51,793 bases of DNA from Amoebidium appalachense. Its lineage: Eukaryota; Protista; Ichthyosporea. The notes under the pieces are model-generated. The model saw only the letters and a program-made list of their open reading frames with translations. It was not told the DNA's origin and did not search any database. The stretch covers positions 12,576,310 to 12,628,102 of the forward strand of contig CAVNZM010000003.1 of assembly GCA_963693365.1 (NCBI GenBank), in the 5' to 3' direction. Both the position numbers and the translations under genes were made by a program. Position 1 is the stretch's first letter, and each line of letters opens with the position of its first letter. Positions 1 through 10,279 of this stretch are shown in pieces.

Positions 1-793
1 AGGTTGGGTGGGCGCCTGCGCAGGAAGTCGAAGACACGGAACACGCGCCGGAAGAGCAGGCGCAGGCCCGGCACGGCCTGTACAATCGAAACCAGTTCTG
101 CGTGCCTCTTGTGCGTGGGCAGGGCAAAGCCTCCGTAGCGCCTGGCGATGTAGCAGATCATTTCCTTTCGCACGTTCACCAGCCTCCCCTCCACCATACC
201 AGCACGCGTCAATAAGGTAGTTTTATAAACAATTCGGTCACATTTCTAATAGAAATCGCGAAGAAATAGTCCTATCAACGATTACAAACAGATTCTGAAA
301 CCTTGGTCAGGATCTTGAACGCTTTCGACCAATCAGATCGAATAGCGGGGTAGCCAACTGCGCGCTGCTTTGGCCGTTTATTGGCACACCTGGCGCTGCT
401 TTGGAACGAAGTTGTGGTTCCGCGTTGCCTGTTCCGGGGGCTGGGGGGGGCGCCTGTGGCACACAGACCCGTGAGACCACTGTGCCTTCCGTGCCTCGCG
501 TGCCCCTCATGCCCCCCAGGCCCCGCTCCTAGGAAAAAGCAATCGGCGAACAGGGTCCACCCCCGGCACCTGTTCTCCAAGGATCCGGGAGACATGGTTG
601 GGGATGCCATGGTGTTCTCTTGGGTTCCGGGAGACATGGGGGGGACCGGCGATGCTGTTCTCTAGAAAATTGCGGGCCAAACGTTCATGGGCACTGCCGT
701 GTTCTCTCTGGTTTGTGGAGAAAACGTTGGACTGGGTAGGGGCCGGTGGGCAGGAGAACAGGGTGGTGAACGCGCAGGTGGATATGGGCCGGG

Positions 794-1660
794 TTGTTGC
801 CGTGTGACGTAAAGGTCGATTTTGATAGTTTGTGGTACTTTATCTGTCGGTTCAACACCGTGATGTCTCAACTCAGCGAAGGTGCTGTTGTGCGCTGCCT
901 CCACCTGGTGCGCACGTTTTTGGATAACGATAAGAGCAGCGCTTTGTTCATGCAGGGATACACAACGCACCACCTAGTGTTATACATCAAGCACCTGATG
1001 GAATTGGAAATAAACGAAAAGGTCCCAGTCGAACATATTGAGAGGCTGATCTCCTGCCCCGATGAAACGTCCGAACACACGCGCTCATCGAAGAAACTGA
1101 AAAACGTCGTTACAGCAGTTCGCGAGCTGTTCCCCACACCGTTGGTTTGGAAGGGGATTGATCCAGGCACGTTTACGGTGGAGCTCGCTAGGGAGGTCCA
1201 TCGCAAGGTCATGGACGGGCTGCTCGATAGCGCTGGACGGTATCGGGTGCGCTTTGCGCTTCCCGCAGGCTGCAGTCATCAGTACCTTGGACCGTTCAAG
1301 ATCGAAGAGGCTCTCAAGCGTCTGTTCGAAAGGACACGCACCGAACTCCAAGGCTGCAATGACGTTCTCGGTGCCATACAGGTCACCGCCCGTTTCCTCG
1401 GGGAGTTCCTCTACATCCACCCGTTCAGCAACGGCAACGGGCGCGTCGCCCGTCTGTTGGTCAGCGTGCTGCTCTCGCCCTATATTGCCGTTCCCCTCTC
1501 GTTGTACACAGACTGCAGCTCCCGCGAGCGCTACCACTCGCTGCTGCTGGCCGCGCAGAGCCAGCCGCCCCCCCACGACTACTCCGAGCTGGCGGCCTTC
1601 GTGCTGGACTGCGCAAGGGCAAACCTGGTCTCGGTGTGCAACGCCCTGGATTTGGAATGA
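794..1660 (+). CDS. Fic-domain protein (putative AMPylase); first ATG at 863
   Basis: Canonical Fic motif HPFSNGNGRVAR, preceded by 'ELAREVHRKVM...AGRYR', typical of Fic folds. Confidence 0.9.
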   Translation: MLPCDVKVDFDSLWYFICRFNTVMSQLSEGAVVRCLHLVRTFLDNDKSSALFMQGYTTHHLVLYIKHLMELEINEKVPVEHIERLISCPDETSEHTRSSKKLKNVVTAVRELFPTPLVWKGIDPGTFTVELAREVHRKVMDGLLDSAGRYRVRFALPAGCSHQYLGPFKIEEALKRLFERTRTELQGCNDVLGAIQVTARFLGEFLYIHPFSNGNGRVARLLVSVLLSPYIAVPLSLYTDCSSRERYHSLLLAAQSQPPPHDYSELAAFVLDCARANLVSVCNALDLE

Positions 1661-2568
1661 AGCCGTCAACTCTTATCGCGCCCTACATCAACATGGACAC
1701 ACCCTCCCAAGCCAGGACACGTGTGCGGATCCTGCTGCCCGGGGGCGGCGTCAAGGGCTGCTTCCAAGTCGGGTTCATGCAGGGGATGCTCGCGTCGGGG
1801 CTGTACCAGGTCGACAGGGTGTACGGCATGTCCGTCGGCGCGCTGGTGGCGCCGTTCGTGGTTGCCGACCGCCTGGACGACCTGGCGCGCGAGCTGGGAG
1901 AGCTGAAGTGCGTGGAGGACATTGTGGAACCGTGGGGCGGCGCAATGGCGCTGCTTCCGAAAAGCTGGAGGACGGTTGTGGGGTCAATGCTGTACGGGGC
2001 GGCGTACAGCCGCTTCACCCTGCAGGAGCGTGCGGCGGCGCTTCTGGAGGGCATCGACGCGGACATCTACACGCGATGCCACTGCGTCGCCTGGGACTTC
2101 CTCAACAAGAAGGAGCGGTGGTTCACAGGGCCCGAGTACCAGGTCGGCATGCGCGCGTCTTCGGCCCTTCCACTCGCGGTCCCTCCCGTCGAGTACGACG
2201 GCACCGTGTTTCTGGACGGCGGGGTCTCTGAGCTGGTGCCCCTCACCAAGGCACTCGAGGATGCCGCAGATGGGTTCGACGGCATCTACGTCACGGTGCT
2301 GTGCGACTCGCTGGCGCACTGCCCTGCAGAATCCGTGCCAAAAACGGGCATGGAGCTCTGCTATGCTCTGCAGCGTGACTCGGGCACCGAGCTGGCGGCC
2401 ACCGAGTTCGCCAACCTCCGCACCCGCCTCGGAGACCGCCTCGTGGTGGTCGCTCCGGAGCGGAGGCTGTTCGCGTCGCCCATGGACGTTGACCCCGGGA
2501 AGGTCGCGCAGGCGCTTGTGGATGGCCGCACGGCGTTTGCTACCTGGGCCGCCGCGGCACGTCAATAA
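1657..2568 (+). CDS. Patatin-like phospholipase
   Basis: GGGVKG oxyanion motif, GMSVG (GxSxG) nucleophile, ASSALP and DGG motifs. The ATG at 1657 overlaps the Fic stop (ATGA). Confidence 0.9.
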   Translation: MKPSTLIAPYINMDTPSQARTRVRILLPGGGVKGCFQVGFMQGMLASGLYQVDRVYGMSVGALVAPFVVADRLDDLARELGELKCVEDIVEPWGGAMALLPKSWRTVVGSMLYGAAYSRFTLQERAAALLEGIDADIYTRCHCVAWDFLNKKERWFTGPEYQVGMRASSALPLAVPPVEYDGTVFLDGGVSELVPLTKALEDAADGFDGIYVTVLCDSLAHCPAESVPKTGMELCYALQRDSGTELAATEFANLRTRLGDRLVVVAPERRLFASPMDVDPGKVAQALVDGRTAFATWAAAARQ

Positions 2569-2745
2569 ACCCACCCCGAGTCGGGTCCATATCTGTCGTC
2601 CTCGGTCACCTATCCGGGCTGGGGCCTGGGGGCCTGGGGGCCTGGGGGCCTGGGGGGCTGGGGGGCTGGGGGTGGCTGGGAGGGGCTCCTGTGGCGCACG
2701 TGCCACGCGTGCCTCCTGTGCCTCGCGTGCCTCGCATGCCTCGCG

Positions 2746-3522
2746 CTAGGTTTGGGTCGGGCTTTCTGGTTCTGTGGTGTGGCGCTGCATACGGGTGTAT
2801 CGGAGTTTGTAGCAATTCATAACCGATGAACGATCGGATTTCCGGGGTGGGTGTCCCGGCCATGTAGTGATTCGCTTCATGCGCACCGATTTCTGCTTTC
2901 CGAGGACAGAACTGGCATACACGCCAAAAGTTCGAATCGGGAGCGAGGCGTTCTGATTGCAGTGGCTTGGCAGCCACAAACTATATAGGTTGAAAAGGCC
3001 AGCTGAAGATATGTAGCACCCGGATGTGATGTGACAGCCCTTGGGCAACCATTCAGGATTTTTGCTTAGCTCATCCACGAATTCTGAGACGCACTTCCGG
3101 GTGCACACGTGTTCGCCATTGACATCGTCCCAGCTGACAACCTCGTCCTCGCTCACATCTTGGGATTCTTGCTCCGGTGGCCTCTTGGGCTCTGTTTGGG
3201 GGAGAGGGGCCCACACCGTTTGCAGCGTGTCCGATTCGACCGTGGCCCTAATTCCCAAAATCGTCATCGTTTCGATCGCCACTTTCAAGCAATCTAGGGA
3301 CGCAATATCGAACAGATGTACCCGAGGTCGATGGTTCGGACAGTAGGCTTGATAGCACAGGACCTGCCCAACGGCAGATTTCCATTTAGAAGCGCGCTTG
3401 ACTTCGATGACTTCCGTGGCCGTCAGCAGGTCGATCCGTCCTGCGGGCGTGCGTACCTCAATGGTTCCACCTTCGAGCTTGGCCAGCCTATCCCTGACAT
3501 ATGACTCGTCGTAGGTAGCCAT
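2746..3522 (-). CDS. PD-(D/E)xK-type nuclease with a C-terminal D5-like winged-helix region
   Basis: N-terminal 'EVRTPAGRIDLLTATEVIEVK..KWKSAVGQVLCY' has the D..ExK plus GQxxxY signature. The C-terminus 'ISSAGLFNLYSLWL...IRTFG' resembles the tail of the D5 ORF. Confidence 0.7.
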   Translation of the reverse strand: MATYDESYVRDRLAKLEGGTIEVRTPAGRIDLLTATEVIEVKRASKWKSAVGQVLCYQAYCPNHRPRVHLFDIASLDCLKVAIETMTILGIRATVESDTLQTVWAPLPQTEPKRPPEQESQDVSEDEVVSWDDVNGEHVCTRKCVSEFVDELSKNPEWLPKGCHITSGCYISSAGLFNLYSLWLPSHCNQNASLPIRTFGVYASSVLGKQKSVRMKRITTWPGHPPRKSDRSSVMNCYKLRYTRMQRHTTEPESPTQT

Positions 3523-3525
3523 CAC

Positions 3526-3942
3526 TTACAACACAAGAAAATAAAAATCACCCCCAGTCGATTGTTGGTTGCCAGTGGGTGGCTGGGGGTGGCTGGGAGG
3601 GGCCTGTGTGTACTGGGGGTGGCTGGGAGGGGCCTGTGTGCACCGGTGCCCCATCAGCCACGCGTGCCTCCTGTGCCTCGCGTGCCTCACGCGCCCCTCC
3701 CAGCCACCCGGGCTAGTTTCGGGTCCGATTCGGGCTCCCCGGTTCTTTGGTGTGCTGCTGCACGGCATGTGCCGCTTGAGGCTCAAGGCATACCGAAACT
3801 GACGCCCGCACCCCGCATGCGCGCACACGTGCCGCAGAATCCCCGCATGCCTGTCGCTGTGCGCCGCAAAGTTGCTGTTGCGGGTGGTGGAGTAGCCGCA
3901 ACCGTCGACTGTGCACCGATACACCTTGTACTCCTTGACCAT
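3526..3942 (-). CDS. C2H2 zinc-finger protein (two fingers; 3' end probably disrupted by a repeat)
   Basis: CTVDGC...HSDRH and CAHAGC...SLKRH fingers. The reading frame then runs into a GC-rich intergenic repeat. Confidence 0.6.
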   Translation of the reverse strand: MVKEYKVYRCTVDGCGYSTTRNSNFAAHSDRHAGILRHVCAHAGCGRQFRYALSLKRHMPCSSTPKNRGARIGPETSPGGWEGRVRHARHRRHAWLMGHRCTQAPPSHPQYTQAPPSHPQPPTGNQQSTGGDFYFLVL

Positions 3943-4153
3943 GACTGGGCCTAGCTCAGACCTGCACGTGCATGGAAACATTATGTTACTGAAGGAACGG
4001 AAAATATTTTCCATGGTCACGGACTCTGTCACTGCAGGTCGCTGCTGATTCAAAGTTTGCCTGAGGGGCTGATGGTGGGTGACCTGTCTCCCTTGCTCCG
4101 CAGGCCCGCACGCAGGTATATAAGCACGCACCCGACCGGTTCCGGTCACAGTC

Positions 4154-5658
4154 TTGATCTTTGCTTCGAGTGTGACAGGCGACGACGAGAAAATATTTTC
4201 TATACAACCTGTAATGCTGGCGACACCTACCTCTAAGCGGCAGCGCGGGGACGCCGAAGCCATGGTCGCCCGCCGCCTATTCCTGGCTACTAACGACGGA
4301 CAACCACGCTTTGTGTCTTCAAGTTGCATTGGTCGCTGGGCTGACTTGAACCACATTATGCAGTTCCTACAGTCAAAGGTGGCAAGTGTGGTACATGCAA
4401 GCAACACGTACATCGTCAAGCTCAGCAGCGGCAGCAACTGAAGTCAGTTTTTGAGATCATGGGGAAGGACGCAGTCGCTACCAAGTTGGCCTCGATGCAG
4501 TTTCTGTACATCACAACAGACAAGAAGGGAAACCCAGTGGAGAATTGGTACAAGGGTGAGAACTACCTGCGCGAGCCTGTGTGCACGTGGTAACCGTTTG
4601 AGCGTATTGTTTTTGACCCCTCCGATCCCAACTGCACCTCCGAGGACAACCTGTACAACTTCAACACGTACAAGGGCATGACCTTTGACCCCATTGACGG
4701 GTTCAGAGTGGAGATCGACCGGGTGAGACCAATGCTTTGGCATTTGGAGAGGGTGATGGCAGCTGACAACCCCGTAATGGGAGATTTCCTCACTACCTGG
4801 TGTGCCCACATCATCCAACACCCAGGGACCAAGCCCGACAGTTGTTGTCTGTTTATTTCCAAACAGGGAACAGGCAAAGGTGTCTTCTGGACCATATTTT
4901 CCAAGCTGCTCGGCGAGCGCCTCGTGGTCACCGTGAACAGCAAGCATCGCTTGGTCGGAAACTTCAACAACCACTTGGCAGACAGGCTGTTGGTGCTGGT
5001 GGATGAAGTCATGTTTGGTGGTGAACATGCAGTCAACAACCAGCTCAAGAACATGATAACCGATACCACCATGGTAATCGAGCGTAAGGGTATTGACTCA
5101 ATGACCCGCCGGTCTTGCGAACGTTACGTCTTCATGTCAAACGAAGAGTGGCCGCTGCGCGTTGAGGCAAGCGACCGAAGAAGCGCCTGTTTCGAAGTGT
5201 CACCTATGAAAGTCGGTGATTCCGAATACTTCAGCAACCTCAGGGCCCACTTTGACGACAAAACTAACCTTGAGCACCTTTTTCATTTCTTCTACCAGCA
5301 TCGCCCAAACGGAAATCCCGTGGCTTTGTTCCTTCCACCACCCGATTCCACACTCAAGGACGAGCTAAAAGCCATGTGCCGCGACGACTACGTTACCTTC
5401 CTGAAAGATCTTGTGGCCTGTCGGAATGGATGCGAACACATGGGTGTCTCTGATGGAACAGTCACCGACTCAGCGAATATGCTGAATTTGTTCAAGGAGT
5501 GGTGCGAGAAAAACGGCAAGGACCCCAAAAGAGCAAGCTTGACCATAATGGGCAGAACACTCAAAAGGGTGTTTGGCGAAAGGGTTTCAGTTCACGTCCC
5601 CAACTCCACCCCCACCAAAGGCTACCGGGTAGCTTTTGCCAAGGTCGTAGAACATTAA
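4154..5658 (+). pseudogene. Disrupted D5-like / SF3 primase-helicase (helicase part intact at 4678-5658)
   Basis: Walker A SKQGTGKG, Walker B LLVLVDE, motif C FMSN, and ERKG and DRR motifs. Upstream in-frame FERIVFDP...FNTYKG is cut off by an in-frame TAA at 4591-4593, with a probable frameshift near 4440. Confidence 0.85.
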
Positions 5659-5676
5659 ACACCATGACGGTGCTAA

Positions 5677-5937
5677 TAGACACATAGACAGCTAGACACT
5701 TGACCCCGTACCTGTGGTAGGATGCCCCATGGACACCATTTGTATAGTAGGAATCGGATATTTTTACTCTTCCCCCCCGACCGCCAATCCTGCTGTCTAT
5801 GTGTCTATCTGTCTATGAACTCCTTATTTCATATATGTATTAACTATATTTATATATAAAAATGTATAGACACATACTAGTCACAAGCATTCCTCTAGAC
5901 AGATCCGCTAGACAGGTCCATAGACACCTTCTAGACA
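5677..5937. repeat. Iteron-like cluster: 11 TAGACA/TGTCTA hexamers around an AT-rich core
   Basis: Three direct copies (5677-5698), three inverted (5794-5815), AT-rich 5825-5866, then five direct (5867-5937), immediately after the helicase stop. Confidence 0.75.
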
Positions 5938-6039
5938 CCATCGAAAAATGTCAACCGGGCAACCAACTCGTGTGAAGTCCGCCTGGTGCGGCCCAGGAAT
6001 AAAAATTACAAACTTACCCCCCCCCCCCACCCCCCCCCC

Positions 6040-6351
6040 CTACCACCTGTACACCAGGAGGCCGGCCAGCAGCACGAGCAGCACAATGCATGCAAGCGCT
6101 ATGCCCCTCCACATCGAAGCGCTCTTGAGCTGTGCATCATGGTCGTCCAATGAAGTGCCCATGTAGAGCATGAAGCGCGTGTTGTTGTCGATGGTCAGGT
6201 GGTACTCGTGCGGGTCGGCGGCAATGTCATCCCTGCGCACCCACGAGTTACTCGGGTTGTCAAATTTCAGGTTTGCAATGTTCGGAGAAGTCATACCTTC
6301 CAAAGAGATAGTTTGGAGCGCCCCCTCCCCAGCAACTCGGGGAGCACACAC
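6040..6351 (-). CDS. Hypothetical protein with C-terminal transmembrane helix (5' end uncertain)
   Basis: ORF ending in the hydrophobic stretch GIALACIVLLVLLAGLLVYRW. Confidence 0.4.
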   Translation of the reverse strand: MCAPRVAGEGALQTISLEGMTSPNIANLKFDNPSNSWVRRDDIAADPHEYHLTIDNNTRFMLYMGTSLDDHDAQLKSASMWRGIALACIVLLVLLAGLLVYRW

Positions 6352-6425
6352 AGAGATTATGCATCGCAGTGCTAATGGAACCTAAAAACCGCTGGGATGT
6401 AGGGCGCGCCAAGACGGAGGACGCA

Positions 6426-6562
6426 CTGCTACAATGATCTTTGGCAACCTTGTTTTTCTTTGTCATATATATGGTCAATTTGATAGCTGTTCGATCTTGT
6501 GTCCAGAGCGGTGGTTGTAAAAGGCAACAACAACAACCCACTGCAAGTGTCACAAAGGGCAC
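6426..6562. repeat. 137-bp dispersed duplication, copy 1 (copy 2 at 10597-10733)
   Basis: ctgctacaatgatc...gtcacaaagggcac appears identical at both positions by eye. Confidence 0.95.
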
Positions 6563-6704
6563 GCTGTGGGTGCATTAACACAAACAACAAGACCCCCCCC
6601 CCCCCCCCTGAGCGCCAGCACGCGGCAAGCAGTGCGAGCAGCACCATGCATGCAAGCGCTACGGTCCACAACACAGGTGTGGAAGAGGAAGTGGCAATTT
6701 TTAT

Positions 6705-7187
6705 TTACTCCTCGTGTCCAGCACGGCTGCGCTTCTCGGTGGGCACCGAAGTGTCCTCGGGCGACCGCGCGCGCTTCTTCTCGGTGGGCGCCGAAGTGTC
6801 CTCGGGCGACCGCGCGCGCTTCTTCTCGGGGGGCTTCTTGTGGAGGCGCTCCTCCTCGGAGCTCAAGATGCGAATGGGGCGCTCCTCGGTGGGGGATTCC
6901 TCGGCGGAGGTCTCGGGGTCGCTGAGGTTCTTCAGGCTCCTCCATGTCATACGGTACAGGCTCACGCTGGTCTTGAGGCGCTTGTACTTCTTGTGCAGCA
7001 CCTTGTACTTGAGCTGCATCTCCCGCTCGCTGGCGCGCGCACGGTAGCGGTCACGCTTTGCCTCCTCGTACAGGTACTGCTGCCATTCGCCGGCGGGAGG
7101 CCACGTGGCAAATGACCCTGGGGGCCGTGGACTGGCAGGCTGCCCGGCTGGGTCAGGGCCGGCCTTTGCAGATGGTGTGCCGGACAT
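6705..7187 (-). CDS. Hypothetical basic coiled-coil protein with repeated NLS-like EKKRARSPEDTS motif
   Basis: ATG-initiated ORF with a TATA-like box on the minus strand at ~7246-7252 and several CCAAT boxes at 7290-7435. Confidence 0.55.
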   Translation of the reverse strand: MSGTPSAKAGPDPAGQPASPRPPGSFATWPPAGEWQQYLYEEAKRDRYRARASEREMQLKYKVLHKKYKRLKTSVSLYRMTWRSLKNLSDPETSAEESPTEERPIRILSSEEERLHKKPPEKKRARSPEDTSAPTEKKRARSPEDTSVPTEKRSRAGHEE

Positions 7188-7855
7188 TGTTGGTGAAGAG
7201 AAACAGGAAGAGTGGAAAGTGTCAGCATAGCGCTCAGTCGCGGCATTTTATACCTGCCAGGCAGGGCAAGGCTGACAGCTGTCGCGTTTTGATTGGATGG
7301 ACATGATTTATCTGATGGAATCAAAATTTACTTACCATGAGATGTAACCACATGATCCAATCGGAATTTATATTTACGATCCAATCGCGGCTGACCAATC
7401 AGCGCGTGAGGCGTAATCTAGCGAGATATCCAATCGAATGGCGCTACGGTCATGCCATGCCAGTGCTTTTCAGATGGCTGATCGGACTGTCGGGCCCAGG
7501 AATAAAAAGTGTGTAAACCCTCGTGTGAAGTCCTCCTGGTACGGCCCAGGAATAAAAATTACATACTCCCCCCCCCCTACCACCTGTACACCAGCACACC
7601 GACCTCTTCGTTTTGACATGACGTTCACCCAAAAATTGTGGGCGACCTCTCCTAGTGAAACCATAATCCTCCTCTTACGCCCTGCCGGGCACAGGTTGCT
7701 GGTCCACGCACTGGATGCGGGGCGATTCTCAAGACCACCCACGCGCTTAAATTTCATAACCGCGTCCATACAGGTCTGTCAGATATATTTAGCATCTAAT
7801 CGCGGCCAACCAATGCCTTGCTAGGTTTCAATATTTTCTGTCACTAAGAACGAGA

Positions 7856-9031
7856 ATGGCATCTGCTAACATTGACAGTATGGTCGAAAGGCAGCCCCGA
7901 CCCAGCCCTAGGACCAGAAAATGCGAGCACGGGAAACCGAGAGGGTACTGCAAAACCTGTGGAGGATCTGCTCTGTGTCCACATGAGAAGAAGAGGAGTT
8001 TTTGTAAAGCATGCAACGGGGCAACCTTTTGCCCCCACGGCAGGCGCAAATATATCTGCGTACCTTGCGGTGGATCAGGATTGTGCCCGCATGGGAAACC
8101 GAAAGCCAGGTGCAGACGGTGTGGTGGGAGGAGCTTTTGTAAACATGGCAAATGTAAAGTCTACTGTGGGCTTTGTGGAGGGCCAGCGCTCTGCCCACAT
8201 CGTAAACGGAGAGACCGATGTAAAGAATGCAACGGAAAGGCGATTTGCAAACATGGTAAGACCAAGTTTGACTGTAGGCCGTGTGGGGGCATAAGGTACT
8301 GCAAACATGGAAAACAAAAAGCGCGGTGTGTGTTTTGTGGAGGCACAGAGCTCTGCCACCATGGGAAGCGGAAGACATTTTGCCGATTATGTGACCTGAG
8401 CTACTTCTGCACCGCGTGCACACTGACACACGTGAAGAAGAGGGGAAATCTGTGCGCCACTTGTGACCCACAATCCACATGTAGAGCCAAGTGGTCCGAG
8501 GCGCGTCCAGAAATCAAGGTTTTGCGTCATGTGTCAGGCCTCATAGGCCCCCCCACCAGCCACGACAAAGTAGTACCAAACAATTGTGGAGAGCGCACTC
8601 GTCCGGATCTGTACTACGACTTTGGGACTTTTGTGCTGGTTGTAGAGGTAGACGAGGACCAACACCGTGCTTATGACACCACGTGTGAGGTTGCGCGGAT
8701 GTTCAACCAGGCTTTGGTACACGAATTGCCGACAATGTTTATTCGGTTCAACCCGCACGGGTTCAAGGTCAACAGCAAAACACAGCGAATTGCCATGAAG
8801 CAGAGGCTCGATGCACTCATAGTTGCCATCCGACACGTGCAAGACACGGACCAGGTTGCACTGTTCAAAGAAGGGCGTATCCGTGTGGGGTACCTGTTCT
8901 ATGATTGGCACGAGGTGACGCAAGACCTTGGCGTGCTGTACAGCAGGCTAGTTTCGATGGAAGATATGGAGAGGCTATTGGCTCCGTTTAAAGCGAAAAC
9001 CAATCCGACGGACGCAGAAACCAAACAATAA
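7856..9031 (+). CDS. CxHG cysteine-repeat protein with C-terminal Vsr/DUF559-like endonuclease domain
   Basis: About nine CxHG...CxxCGG repeats followed by RPDLYYD..VVEVDEDQH..Y..CEVARM..FIRFNP, an architecture common in giant viruses. Confidence 0.8.
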   Translation: MASANIDSMVERQPRPSPRTRKCEHGKPRGYCKTCGGSALCPHEKKRSFCKACNGATFCPHGRRKYICVPCGGSGLCPHGKPKARCRRCGGRSFCKHGKCKVYCGLCGGPALCPHRKRRDRCKECNGKAICKHGKTKFDCRPCGGIRYCKHGKQKARCVFCGGTELCHHGKRKTFCRLCDLSYFCTACTLTHVKKRGNLCATCDPQSTCRAKWSEARPEIKVLRHVSGLIGPPTSHDKVVPNNCGERTRPDLYYDFGTFVLVVEVDEDQHRAYDTTCEVARMFNQALVHELPTMFIRFNPHGFKVNSKTQRIAMKQRLDALIVAIRHVQDTDQVALFKEGRIRVGYLFYDWHEVTQDLGVLYSRLVSMEDMERLLAPFKAKTNPTDAETKQ

Positions 9032-9581
9032 CTCATTTACGCTTCACTCGCACGCTCTGGCGGAGCACCAGTCTCCTGTATTTTGGCATGAACTCGTTGG
9101 CAAACACGTACTTCCTTGCACGTCTGTGACCCCTCTTTTTGGACTGACCTCCTTGTTTTGGCATGACCTCTACCCCAAAATTTTGGGCGCTTGCCCTGCA
9201 CAACCCCTGTGAAACCACTTTCTCCGCTTGCACCCAACCGCGCACAGGTTGCTGGTCCACGCACCCTCCTCGAGCTCGAGGGACACCTTGCGCCACCCTG
9301 ATTCTGCGCGCTTGATCTCGCACGCCACCACGATGTCTCCCGGTCGCACACCTGCGGTCCACATGCTTGTGCAACAGCGCACGCTCAGCACCTCACACTC
9401 CGATTCGGGCCCACGTACACACACACCGAAACACGCAAGCGCGCACTCGTGGTCATGCAGCGCCTCGAGAACTGGCACCTTGCGAATGAGTGTGCGCCGA
9501 CGCAGGCGGGGACTCTGGAGGGTATAAAAGCGTGTGTCTGACACGGGGAGCTGCCAGTCTGCATCTGCACCAGAACCGACC

Positions 9582-10100
9582 ATGGCTTTTGAGCAGGACC
9601 TGAAGGTATTTGTCAATCGGCTGTCGCTGCTTGTATCCAACATGACGTTCGACTCGAACGGCGCCGGGAGGGTGGCAAGCCGGCCGCTACAGCTCCACGC
9701 AAGACTCGGCAAGGGCGACACGATGCTGTCGGACACGATGCTGCCGCTGCAGTCGGTGGAAACGTCGAACAGGACTGGACTCAACCACCTGGTGTTTTCG
9801 ACGTGTCCACTGGAGGGGGCCGGGGATGCGGTGACCATCGACCTGGATTGGGGCAAGTCGTTTCGGCTGACCTGGGAGCGCTGGGACACCACGCTGTCGC
9901 TGCTGCCACCGAGGGATCCGACGGAGGAGGAGGGCATGAGCGAGGGACGTGCGGTCCCCATGGAGGCAAAGAGAAAACGAACAACCCTTCTGCGAATCGA
10001 CTTTTTGAAGGACTTCCTTTGGCATGACATGGGGTGCGACATTCTGTCGCTGCAGTTATATGAATCAGTACAGAAAAATAGGCGGCAGTGTAGAGAATAA
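9582..10100 (+). CDS. Hypothetical protein
   Basis: ATG in ACCATGG context about 55 bp after TATAAAA (~9523); open for 172 codons; no recognised motif. Confidence 0.45.
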   Translation: MAFEQDLKVFVNRLSLLVSNMTFDSNGAGRVASRPLQLHARLGKGDTMLSDTMLPLQSVETSNRTGLNHLVFSTCPLEGAGDAVTIDLDWGKSFRLTWERWDTTLSLLPPRDPTEEEGMSEGRAVPMEAKRKRTTLLRIDFLKDFLWHDMGCDILSLQLYESVQKNRRQCRE

Positions 10101-10279
10101 TGCAGGTATCGCGCAGTGCGTGTGTGTGTGCGACTGCGCCCCGGATGGTGCAGCACGCGTATATAAGCAGGGCCACACCCAACGTGTCGTCCGAGCGCAT
10201 GCTTGTGTGTGCGCACACAAATTTGTTTATTTTTCAGAGAAATGATCCCCCCCCACCCTTCTCGCCCGCGAGGCCCACT

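Noticed and set aside
1085-2749. Long alternative-frame and antisense ORFs over the Fic and patatin genes
   Set aside because: Shadow ORFs of GC-rich coding DNA with no motifs.
6426-6562. 137-bp block as a stand-alone omega-RNA or IS607 end
   Set aside because: It lies outside the inferred left junction and does not match the 3' scaffold at 12720-12865.
9170-9500. PDZ-like segment (AGVRPGDIVVA) on the minus strand
   Set aside because: Single short motif, unclear start, frame disruptions.
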